Under the pieces are notes generated by a model. The model ran no database searches, was not told where the DNA came from, and saw only the letters and a list, made by a program, of their open reading frames with translations. Positions 1 through 11,587 of a stretch of 34,048 nucleotides of DNA are shown here, in pieces; position 1 is the stretch's first letter, and each line of letters opens with the position of its first letter. The translations under genes and the position numbers were made by a program. Where the stretch lies: positions 1-34,048 of the forward strand of contig RBNJ01000287.1 in assembly GCA_003990765.1 (NCBI GenBank), written 5' to 3'. Origin of the DNA: Jimgerdemannia flammicorona. Its lineage: Eukaryota.

Positions 1-2418
1 AAAAAAAACGAAACAGCAAGCCGTTCGCTGACATTCAAAAAGTAGGGTTTTCCGGAGTAATTATAACAATTATATATATTACCTGGAATAGTCGGAGTGG
101 ATGGACGGACAGACAAGCGAAACGCAAATCAAAAATGAAATAGAAAGAGTGGGCCGTCAAGAAAATGAGGAAAGAAATGAGGTTTGCATGTTTGCCGAAT
201 TAAATAGACGTAGAAAGAGGCGCATGATATATTCAAATGCGTACCTTAGTTGGCAATGGAGAGAGCGAGGCAAAGTTGCAAAAGAGCAAGAGTGAACGGT
301 TAAGAAATGAAATGGCGACGAAAGAAGTGTGGCATTGGTGCGAGCGGGAAAGAAATGAAAGAGTAAGAGAGTGGTTTCGAAACGAGTTAAGATATGTTCT
401 TTTACGCAACCGCTTGCCGAAAATCGATGAGTACTTCGATGTCAAAGTCAGCATAGAAACCAAGGAGAATAGCAAAAAGGAACAACGAAATACATACCTT
501 GGGGAGCTACTGATGGTGACAGAGAGCAATTCACGAACGAGGCAAAAGAAATAGACAAAAGAGTATCACATTAGTTTAAAAACGATTCAAAATGTGTGTG
601 ATAAAGTAGCAATCGGATGGATGGATGGATGAATGTACAAAACAAAGTTTAGATATGGATGGATGCCATGGATAGAGGAGTCGATGGATGGATAGGATTG
701 AGGATAAATGAGAGGGAGAAAAGCAGGAAGTTAAGAAATCAGGTGATAGTAAGTGTGCGGGGCGAAGGATAAGTATGACGGTAGAGATGGGTGTATAAAT
801 GACAAAAAGTAAGCAGCAGGCTGTCCGCCGACCAAGCAAAAAGTAGATGTACGCGACACTTACCAGAGCCGCTGACGAGCCCCTTAGCAACTTTTAGATC
901 GTTAACTAGTTGTTCGATTCCTGCTGCTGGTCCGGCTTTCAAGTTGTACGGCTGTGTGATAAGCTTTTGTTCCGAAAGTGTGAGTAAAGCTATGCCAGCG
1001 ACTTCTTGTTCTTGAATGACTATAATGTGTTCTTCTCCGAACTGGGTATTTTTGTTGGCATCCAGGAAGGTAGAAACCTCATCGGTGTTCCAATCCCGGA
1101 CGTTTTTTGGTTGGAGAAAATCGGGGATGACGGGGGTAAAAGAGGCGGAGGAAGATTCCGCGGTTGAGGGTGAGGCTTTTCCGAAAGTCTGCCAAGCCAT
1201 GACATAACGTTGTATTTGCAAAGGTCATTAGTGTTACTAACTCTTAATAGTTTGAAACATGTATATCATATAATACATATAACGCAGTAATGCACCTCGA
1301 TCTCTTCAGCAGCTGCAGGTCTTCGTCTCTTTAATGGCTGGCCAGTTTTTGTTGTTCTTGCCTTAGTGACCTGGGTTCCGGATGCCTACAAAGCCATTAC
1401 ATAATGTAACGAACGGTATTTGTGATAATGTTACGATAACATATCGTCAGGTTTAGGACGGAGGAGAGATTCATTGTTACTTTACTTCTGGAGCAATATT
1501 ACTGCTTTCCGTCATTTGGTCATCGTCGATGTCGGAGGTAGTTTTCTTGGGTGGGACGAGGACAGTCTTGTGCTTCTATGAGGCCATAACAGCGAATGTT
1601 AGGAGTGCAACCGGCAAATAGAACGAGATGAAGGTTTTACACCTTACGCCGATATCTCTTGGCTCTAACCTCGCCACGATCCTGCATTTCATTCGTCGAC
1701 GCCTTTCCTGAGATCGCCTTCCCTGAGATCGATGATGCCGTGAAGTGAAGAAACCAGCACGAATGATCAGATATGTTGTCATAACTGGACATTCAAGAAT
1801 ATGAAGCTCTACATTACTATGGTTCCTAGCCCCTTTCTCCCATTGCTGAAAACGCACTGCCGAATAGAAATTGGTACTCTAACCATTCGAATGTCTGTTC
1901 GCTTACTTCGTGCTTTGGACGTTCTGGCCTTTTTTTTCACAAGGTCATCGCCGGCCTCACCCTCAAGTCCTATGCGTAGAGAAGTGGGTTAAGAGGGGAT
2001 GTGAATAAAAGACGGCAAGTTGCAGAGGGCTTTCTTGGAAAGCTGAGCAGCATGTTCGACTCCACAAAGGCAAAGTCAAATCACGACCACTGGGAGAAAC
2101 AGGCCACAATCGTTTCCCAGAGTGCACCAAATACTCAAACTAAACCAATATAGTTGTTAGTATAAGTTATACGTACCTGGCGAAGGTGATTGCCGGTTGC
2201 AACCTGTTGAAATAAAAAGTTTGAGTTAGTGCATATAGCTTACATTATCATCGCTTGGCACAGCAAAGAACAGGTCAGTTTCAAGGTAACAATTTACCTT
2301 GAGCGGCCTCCTCACTATCCGAGAGTTGACGTTTCTTTTGGTTCCTTAATTTCATTTGAATAACAGGGACTTTGTCTTCGTTCTTTGATCGCTTTCTCAC
2401 TGTGTGTGGTTTGGGCAT
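1..2418 (-). CDS. Multi-exon host gene with a SAM-like domain exon (exon structure only partly resolved; probably continues past the left window edge)
   Basis: Candidate ATG at 2418 (MPKPHTVRKRSKNEDK...). Minus-strand GT donors at about 2297, 2176, 863, 496, 244 and 82, with CTAAC-type branch sites and YAG acceptors. Exon ~864-1220 encodes VRDWNTDEVSTFLD...IQEQEVAGIALLTLSEQKL...YNLKAGPAAGIEQLVNDLK, which fits the SAM pattern. CpG content is normal, unlike the repeat block. Could be two genes. Confidence 0.6.
615..694 (+). repeat. Imperfect (GGAT)n microsatellite, probably intronic
   Basis: ggatggatggatggat at 615-630 with further GGAT units to ~694. Confidence 0.6.
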
Positions 2419-2539
2419 GGTGGTGGTGGTGGTTTAGGCAGCGGCGTATATCGCACCAAATATGGTGGAAGCCAGACCAATTTGACTTCACAAATCGATG
2501 ACGTATTACTAAGTCAATTCGATTTCATTATACATGTAT

Positions 2540-3809
2540 TTTATTTACTGATATTTTTATTTAGTTATAAATATAAAGATTAACTCTTTTAAAAGTTGTT
2601 ATTTATAAATTTAAAATTTCTAATAATATTCAAGATATCATAATTAAATATTTTTAAATTAAATAATATATATTATAAATAACTAATTAATTTTTTTTTT
2701 TAAAGATTTTGTATTTAGATATATTTATCTTAAAAGTATAATAATATGTAATTACAATCTACTTTAATACTTATGTTTTTAATTATAATAATTTCCATTA
2801 ATGAAATATATTTATATTTATATAATATAATATAGATTAAATTTAAATTAATATTATAATTAATAGCTTAAACTTTATACTTTAATCTTATATATATAAC
2901 TTAAAATAATAAGAAAAGCTTAGTAAAATAAGAGTAATTTAATAATAAAATATTAAGATATATTATTTTAAATTTTAGTTTATTTTAATAGTTTAGTAAT
3001 AATATTTCTAAATATTATTATTAAGTATATTTTATTATTAACTTTAAAGTTAAAAATAATTTTAAAGATATATTTTTTAAGTTATAAAAGAACTTAATAC
3101 TTATTAACTAATAAATAAAAAATAAAAATTATTAATTATTAATTTATCTATATATTACTTATCTTTATATTTATTATTATTAAATTATTATAGATATATA
3201 ATTTTACACTATTCTACTAGTTTTATATTATTAGTAATTATAATTAGTATTTGTAAATAAATCAAATTAAGTTTAAATTAAACTAAGATATTATTTAATT
3301 TAATTTAATTTAATTTAATAACTAATTTAATTTAAATTTTTACTATAAATTCAAATATAATAACTTAATAAAAATATAACTAAATTTAATATTATTTATT
3401 ATATTAGATTTACCTTAATAATATATATATCTAATAAGCTAAAATTTATAAAATTTAGATATAGTTTAGTTAAGTTATTTAATTTAAATAAATAAAATCA
3501 AATTAAGCCTCAATTTGAATTAAATCTAATTTAATTAAATTAGATTAAATATAATATAATTTAATTTATTATAATTATTAATTATTAAAAAATATAATAT
3601 ATATTATTGAAAAATTACTTTCACTTTAACTATATAAATTAAAGTTATATTAGTACTAAATATTTTTAAATAAATATATAAAAATATTAGTAAATTATAA
3701 TAAACTAAGATTAGTTTAATAATATATATAAATATAGATATATTTGTTATAAGTATTTTAATAATAATAAAAGTAGTTTTTATTATAATTATAGATATAA
3801 TCAGTATAT
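2540..3809. repeat. Extremely AT-rich relic, probably a repeat eroded to saturation by C>T/G>A mutation
   Basis: Very few G/C, abundant TpA, no ORFs, abrupt boundary with the GC-balanced gene region. Original identity cannot be recovered by eye. Confidence 0.6.
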
Positions 3810-4409
3810 TGTGAGAGTTAATATGAACTAGTAATATGAATTAGAGAAATAGATATTTAATTATAGTACCTAAATCTAATTTATTCTTAAATATAATATA
3901 GTCTTACAAATAGTAGTTATATTTCACAAATATAGAAACTTTAACAGATATTAAAATATTTAAAGATATTAATGTATTTATAAATGTTAAAGTATTTATA
4001 GATATTAAAGTTTTGATAATTATTAATAATTTAGTAGATATTAAGAATTAATACTTATAAAGAATGATTTATAGGAAACAGCTATCTTATAACTAACAAA
4101 CTTGTATAAATATACCTAATATCTAAAGTGAATAAACCTAAGATCAAAATAGTTTAAAAAAAAGAAAAAATATAAGAACTAGTAAGTCTGTGAGCAAATA
4201 TACTTCAAACTTACCTATCTCTATATTCTGAAAACTCAGTAGAATCAAAGAAGATCAAGTTTTTAAAATATAGAAATCTGAAATACTTATATGTATAGTT
4301 ATATGTCTACTATATTATAACTTAGTATTTATTAGTTAGGAATTTAAGATGAATCTCTCACTTTTAAGCTAAATAATAAATAACTACTACCATCTGAATA
4401 ACTATATAA
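3810..4409 (+). mobile_element. Gypsy copy 0: degenerate 5' LTR (3810-4319) plus PBS/leader relic, interrupted by copy 1
   Basis: Begins TGTGA after ATAT. R/U5 (cttgtataaat...gtgaataaacctaagatcaaaatagttt) matches the other LTRs. 4320-4409 is a transition-mutated version of the leader at 22520-22610. Confidence 0.8.
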
Positions 4410-7400
4410 TGTAACATAGCAGACACTTACTCTTGAAAGTATATTGGATTTCTGTATCTTGAAAACTTGACTGTTCTGACTCTCACAGAGTCTCTTGAGT
4501 TGTAGGAGAGGGTGGGTGAGTTCAAAGTATATCTGCCTGCAGGCTTAAGTTCCTTTGCTATCTCTTTACTTTTGAACTATTTCAATCTAAGGTTTATTTA
4601 CTCTATGATACTAGATTATTTATACAAGTTTTGCTAACTATAAGGTAGCTAAGTAATGGCTCATTTCACAAGTGTTGAATCTTTTAACATCTGCTAAGAT
4701 TTTGCTAATCACAAAGATTCTAACATCTTCTAAATCTTTACAGACATTAAAGTTTCTGTGCTTTGCAAAATATGGCTGCTATTTTATAAGGCTAAGCTAT
4801 ATTAGGAATTAGATTCAAGTACCATGATCAAATGTCTAATTCCCCTAATTTATATTACTAATTCGGATCAGCCATCACATCTTCCTCCTGAATAGGTAAT
4901 TTATCTCAGAAGTATCCTATTCACTCAAATTTCCAGACTTCTACAATTTGTATTTTCTTATACTGTGTAATTTGTATCATTATATCCTTCCAGTGTTGTC
5001 TCTTATTATATCCAAAGTCTCCTGGGGTTATTTCTTGAAAATGGGCTAAGGCTAACTTGTTATCTTTGAATAACTTATACACTCTTTTTGCAATTGTGAT
5101 CTGAGTGTAGGAGAGCTGACATTCTCTGATTCAGTCTTCTTTTCCCATCTTTGGTCTTGAATTCAGTAGCTGTCCCAACTTGAAGTATTCCTGGAACTCA
5201 GTTTAGTTCTGGTAGGCCTTGAAATATAAGATTCGTGACAAGTATGTTTATACTATACTCTGGATGCTGTCAAAGGATTCTTCCATTGTTGGTGACTCTG
5301 TGGAATACTACTGTCTTTTGATGGCTCACTAGGCCATGCTAGTAATTCTGAGGGCAATAGTATTACTTCATTGACTGGTTATAATACTTCTTGAGTCAGT
5401 TTCAGTGGATGGTAGTTGGGATGATTGTGCCTGAGAGTTTTTGTAGCCAAAAGGTGGTTCCTTTTATATCTTGCACAAGGTAAGGTCTTTCCCACTTGGG
5501 CTCCAGTTTTCGTGACCATGAGACTTCTACCATATTCCAATATACCAGAACTTTGTCTCCTATCTTGATAATCTTCAGAGATTTGTGAGTTTTTTCTATA
5601 TTCTTCCATTGTAGTGCCTATGCCTTCATTATGTAATTCTCAGCCTTCTTAATTTGGTATAGTCTCCATATTTCTCTATCTATATGTTTCCATATAATAT
5701 CCCTATTGGATGATAGGGTTTCTTGAGAACTTTCTTCTCCAAACAACATTTCTCAAGAGGTAAAGTGGGTACTTTATGATCTGATATCTCAGAGAGCAGA
5801 TAATGCTATCGGCAGATAGTAATCTCAGCTTTCATAGTTATTACAGATCTTGGCAATAATATTCTTGAGGGTCTTATTGGTCCTTTCTACTTATCAGTTT
5901 TCTTGAGAGTAATAGGCTGTAGTCTGAATGTGCTGGATCTTGTACTTCTTGTAGAGGACCTCAAGAACTGGTTCACAAATTCTGTTCCTCTATCTATAGT
6001 TACTTGCATTGGGGTCTTGAACTGGCAGATGATTTCTTTGTAGAAGAAATCAGTAATTGACTATGTATTGGCTTCCTTGAGGGGTCCTGCTTCTATCTAT
6101 TTTGTAAAAAGATCTATGATGACAATAATATATCAGTTACCAGTCAAGATCAAGGGTAGAGGGCCAATTATATCTATTGCTATATGGGCGAATGGTACTG
6201 GTTCTATATGTACTGATCCTGGAGCTTGGTTTTGTTGGTCTTACTTCTGTTTCTGGCATTTGTCACAGATTTTGACAAATTGTCTGATATATTCTTCCAT
6301 TTCTGGCCACTATATCATTCTTCTTGCCTTGTCATATATATTTGTTCCTCCTAGATGGCCAAGTTCATGTACTGATTTCATTGCTTACTCCTTCTTATGT
6401 TCTGGTATGATAAGTAGTTTTCCTTTCTTTAGTATTTCTCCATTGGTTTCAAATTGTTTCTATGTTCTGTTGATAATCATTTGCATCCATTCTTTCAGAT
6501 GTTGGGGCATATTTTGCTGCTCCAGATATGTAATGATTCTATAGTAGAGCTCTTTATTCATAATTGATTTGTTGATTGGAGGTATTTTGAGGTATCCATG
6601 AGAGAGTATCTGCATTGGAATTTGTTCTTCCAGGGTAGTGTATAATAGTTACATCATAGGCTTGTAACTTCATTATCTATCTGGCATAGATTTCTTTGGG
6701 TTGTCCAGTTGTCAGTAGCTAGGTCAGAGCTGAGTGGTCTATCTGAATGGTGAAGTGTCTTCCAGCCAGATAGTAGTGGGACTTTTCCACAGCTCAGATG
6801 ATTGCGAGATATTCTAACTTATAGGATTCATATTCTTTTTCAGCTCCTCAGGTTCCTCAGCTTAGATATATAATGATATACTCTTTTTTGTCTTCCTTTT
6901 GAGCTAGAACTACTCCTAGTCTTTGTACACTTGCATCTGTCTGAAGAATAAATTCTTGAGTCCAATTGGGTCATCTGAGGATAGGTGCCTGGGTCAGTCT
7001 GACCTTGAGTTCATCAAATACTTTTTGTTGTCTATCTGTCTAGTTGAATTTAGTATCCTTCTTGTTGAGTTCATAGATTAGACCTGCAATATTGGAGAAT
7101 CCTCTGATAAATCTGCAATAGTAGAAGGCAAGTCCCATGAAGACTTGGGCTTCTGTGACAGTGGTGGGCCTTGGTATGCTGCTACTGCTTGTATTTTGAG
7201 GGGGTCCATATATATTCTATCTCGATTGATAACATGACCAAGATAGGAGATCTTGATTTCTACAAATTTGTATTCTTAGGCTTGATATACAGGTTATGCT
7301 TTCTCAGTCTTTCCATTATCTGCCATATATACTACAGGTGTTCCTCAGATGTCTTACTGTAGATGATTACATCATCAATATAGACCATCATCTATCTTCC

Positions 7401-9362
7401 CATATTATAGTGGAAGATTTTGTTTATCATTTGTTGAAAGCTTACTGGTACATTGCACATCCCGAATAACATTCATAGATAGATGTAGGTTCTGTCTAGG
7501 GTGATGAAGGCTGACTTTTTACTTGCCATCTCTGTGAGTTCAATTTGGTGGAATTCTGAGGATAAGTCCAAGGTACTGTAGTACTGTGCTTTGTCTCCCA
7601 GTATTATAAGGATGTTGCTGATGAGAGGCAGTGGTTGGCGATCCTTCTTGGTAACTGCATTGAGCTTTCTGTAATCGATACAGAGTTTTGGAGTGAATTC
7701 TCAAGGTTTGCTTCCTTTTTTCGGAGCTAGTACAACTGGTGAAGACCAGGGACTGCTGGCTTCTTTGATAATACCAGCTTCTTCCATCTGCTTGATTTCT
7801 TCTCTGAGCCATTCTCGGTAGACTGGTGGGACAGATCTTACCTTCTGGTAAATTGGTTCAGTGTCTCCAGTATCTACCTCATGATAGTAGTGTGGGGTCT
7901 TTCTCTTGATATCTTTGAAATCTATGGTGAGGATATCCTCGAATTTGTGGAGTATTTTCTTGAGTTCCTCCTTGAGTGGAAATTCATTTCCAATAGTATA
8001 ACTGTGCTTATTTGTGATTTCCTCCTTCTTATACTCCAGTTCAGTGATCTTGATACTAGTGAATACTCCTCTTTCTGTGGATCCAAATCCTTTCTTCCTC
8101 TTTTCGTTTCCTCTAAATTCTTGACTTCTGTGATCCTTGGTTGTAGGATTGGAAAGATTAATATCTGTGCCAATTGGTCCTTCTTCTTGACTGGGAATAG
8201 AATTGTAAGATTGTGATTCCTAGCAATGAGCAGGATTTCTCCAGTATAATCAGAATTGATGACTCCTCCTTCAATTGTAATTTTGCTTCTGGCCAGGCTG
8301 CTTCTTGTCTTGAGGATCCCAACATGATATTTTGAGATAGTCATCTCCAGTCCAGTTACGAGTAGAGTGGTTGTTTGGGGTTTTAGTACGGCTTCTTCTA
8401 CTGTGGCAATGTCCATTTCAGCTGCATTTTCTGACTTGTATTCTGGCAAGACTGCATCAGGGTGGGTCCTTCAGATCTTGAGCTTAATTTCTTCTTCATC
8501 ATTATTATCCTCCAGGAGGACTGGTGATTCATTATCTACCTCCTCTTTCTCTTCTCTAATCTATTTTTTGAGAGCTTTCTGTCTTCTTTCCTGGTGGATT
8601 TTCTTGATTCTGATGATGCACTGGTAGCCATCATTGATATGCTCCATATAGTACATCTTGATCTCATGAGAACAGACTCTGTGTGATATATAGTCTTTTG
8701 CAATCTTCTTACACTATTCTTCTTTGCTCATCCATCCAACTTTCTTCTTCAGAGTAGTTACCATATAAGCTTCCTCTTGCTTGCTCTCTTCTTCCTCCAT
8801 ATCAGGCAAGACTTCTTTATTGATATTGATGGGAATTCATATCTTCTGTCCCTGGTAGATAATTTGCATTTTCTGAGCATTAAGACCGATTACTGCCCTG
8901 GCTTTGTAAAGCCATTAATTACTGATGAGGATGTCATAGTTGTTGGCATTGATTATGATTACATCTACTGGGATGGTTGCTCCTCCAAACTTGATGGGGA
9001 CTTCTCAGATCTTTCCCAGAGGGGTGGCTCTTATGTCATCTGCTGTGACAAAAACCAACTTGGTTGCTTCTTCAACTTCCCAGCCTAGGTGGTCTGCTGC
9101 TTTCTTGCTGAGAAGACATCCTCCTACTCCAGTATCAATGATGGCTTCAAAGACTCTATCTTCAATTTGGTATTTTGCATAGGCCGAGGTTTTGCAATTG
9201 TCTTTACTTTCTTCTCCTGAGTTCTCTTGAACATTATTGGCCTCAGTTATCTTCCATCCTTGCTCCTTAGTTGTTTTGGTAAGTCTGAACCTCATTTGTT
9301 GTCTAAATGTTGGGATTTCTGTGAGCTGACCAAAGGTTGTATTGACCTTTTGTTGGCTAAGG
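4410..9362 (-). mobile_element. Gypsy copy 1: 5'-truncated dUTPase-bearing Ty3/gypsy retrotransposon (pseudogenised), 3' LTR 4410-4879
   Basis: Minus strand reads gag 3' part, protease (AIIDTG), dUTPase (7922-8449 ORF), RT (YIDD ~7371-7382), RNase H, integrase, ORF3, PPT (4880-4890) and LTR TGTGATGG...TTACA. Colinear with 23815-28861. Many stops. Confidence 0.92.
4921..5382 (-). pseudogene. ORF3 (env-position ORF) of gypsy copy 1
   Basis: 462-nt frame homologous to 27895-28356. Start codon mutated ATG>ATA; internal stops explained by transitions; ends ...VWKFE-TGA. Confidence 0.8.
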
Positions 9363-9638
9363 TGTCCTGAGTAGTTCTTTGATGATACTGTCACTTGGAC
9401 AGTTGGATTTTCTGACCATCTCTTATTTGCTAGTTTGATTTTTAGCTGGCCTTTCTTTCTTCATCATATGTCAGACCTCTGTTGCATATTCTAAGCTCAC
9501 CTGGATTGGTATAGCAAGTCTTACAACAACTCTATCAGACCCCTTATTGAGTTAAGCACCTTTCACCAGTAACATTCAGGTGACACAAGACTTAGAGAGC
9601 ACTTTTTACAACGTTTTTGGTGTCTGATGACTAACAAC

Positions 9639-11556
9639 ATGGATGGCAACGATCAAACTGGTGAGTGTACTGGCCAGGGGGGTGGCGGTGCCTTTGGCTG
9701 GCAATAGGTGGGGAGGAGGGGAGATGGTTTGGGGATGCCAGGGGCCTCGATGGCTAGCCGAGGCCCCAGCAGCAGAGGGAGGGGAGGACTGAGGCAGAGA
9801 GGAGGGGAGAGGTTGACTTTTGCTGACAAGGTCAGGTTGGGGAAGATGGCTTCTGGGCTGGATAGTTGGCTGGGCCTGGGGAAGGCATCAATGGCTACTG
9901 CCGGGGGTCTGGGAGGTGTACCCCAGGGAACTTCTGGTGGTAGAGAAGGGGCTGGAGTAGGGGCTGGAGATGTGACTGTTGATGAGGCTGGGACTAGGGA
10001 TCTGGCAAAAAATCCAGATATGACGGTGATTGGTAATTCGGGACTTGGAGTGGGCACGAGGTCTGGGGACCTGGTGGATGGGGTGACGGGCATGGTGTCG
10101 GCCCCGTTACTCAAGAAGTCGAGGTCCGAATTCGTGGTCACAATGTGCTTCTGGGGCTTGGCAGTGACGGCGAGGATGATTTTTGGGGCTGGTGGTACAG
10201 GAGGCTAAGGGAGCAGCATCGGTGAAGTTCTTGAGGGGAAAGGAAGGGGTTGAGGTGGGGTTTGAGGAGGAAGACACATTGTTGGCAGCCATGGAGAAGG
10301 GGGTGATGGTTGGCAGGGTTGTGGTCCCTATGGCCCGGTGTATATACTGGGACCCCTGGGTAGTGCAGTTGACAGTGTTGGACCTTTCTACGGTGTCGAA
10401 GGAAAGGACCAGAGAGTTGGTTGTGGAGGTGATCAAGGAGTATGGCGAGATTGTGGATGTTGGGTTCAAGGTCTGGGAGGGCACAGAGCTTCGAACCGGA
10501 GATGTCAATGTCAGGGTGAGACTGGCTGGAAAGGAGAATATGGGGAAGTCGAGGGACTGGCCAGCAGCACTGAGGTGAGGACCGGTGGAGTGTAAGGTCT
10601 CTAGGGTGAAGGGGACTCAGGAGGAGGAGGAGGACCTGTTGGAGGCTCTGGAGGACCTGGAAGGGGCGGTTGTAAGGAGGAGATTAGCCTGGAAGGAGTT
10701 TGAGGCCAGGACGGTGGTGGGGGAGATGGATGGGAAGAGGGTTCGGATGGAGAAGGGAGCCTGGGAGAAGATGCAGGAGAGGAGGATTCAGAAGGAGTTG
10801 TTGGTAAGGTTGGGTGGGGATAAGGCTGGTGGAAGCTCCGGGGAGGGAGCTGCAGGATTGCAGGAGAGCACCTGGGCTGAAGGGAGAGAAATGGCCCAGG
10901 GCGGGGCTCCGATTGGAGTTGGAGAGGGGAGGGAGGATATCTTGAAGGTGGATGCCGAAATGGGCGAAGGTGGGCACTCTCAGTATAGTGTTCCGAATGG
11001 AGCAGGAGGTGAGGAGGAGCTGATGGATGTGGCAGATGAGGAGTGGGATGAGTCAGTGTGGAGGAGCACGCTGGTGGACCCCAAGGTGGATGGGGGACAA
11101 ATTGCTCAGGGGGCAGCGGAGGCAGTAGATGAGGAGAAGTGGATGTGGAAGACTCTGGAAGGGGTAGCAGCTGAAGAGCTGGGGGGTGAGGACTTCAGGG
11201 TGATGGAGGAGAGACATTCGGAGGAGATTCTATGTAGGGAAGAGGTGCCAAGGAAGATGAGGAATGAGATCCTGGCTGTCCTCCTGGAGTCTGTTGAGTA
11301 TCAGGTGGATGATCAGCATGAGGAGGAGCTTAGAAGGATTGCGAGTGACAGGGCACTTGTCTTGTGGAACTCAAGGAAGGGACTAGAGAAGTGGCATATG
11401 GTCTGCTTGGATTATAGGGTGGATATGGAGGAGGTGGACAGGGTGGAGTATCAGGAAATCTTGGGGGCACTGGATGTACGGGATATTGCAGAGGGTGAAT
11501 TGGAGGCTGAGCAGCTCTTGGACTTGGCGAGGGATGAGATGAGCATGGAATTATAG
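9639..11556 (+). pseudogene. LINE ORF1 (gag-like), disrupted
   Basis: ATG at 9639 is in frame with ORF 9708-10208 (TAG at 9705). Frameshift near 10190, then 10183-10578 and 10585-11556 share a frame. Contains a TFADKV motif typical of LINE ORF1 and lies directly upstream of ORF2. Confidence 0.75.
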
Positions 11557-11587
11557 GTTGAAGTCTCTTCTACATTATCTACTCAAT

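Noticed and set aside
101..554. Plus-strand ORFs 101-295 and 237-554
   Set aside because: They overlap the intron/exon pattern of the minus-strand gene and show no recognisable motifs.
9537..9546. L1 target CCCTTA as telomere-repeat specificity
   Set aside because: Single imperfect hexamer; sibling empty sites read CTCTTA, and real CCCTAA tracts nearby were not used.
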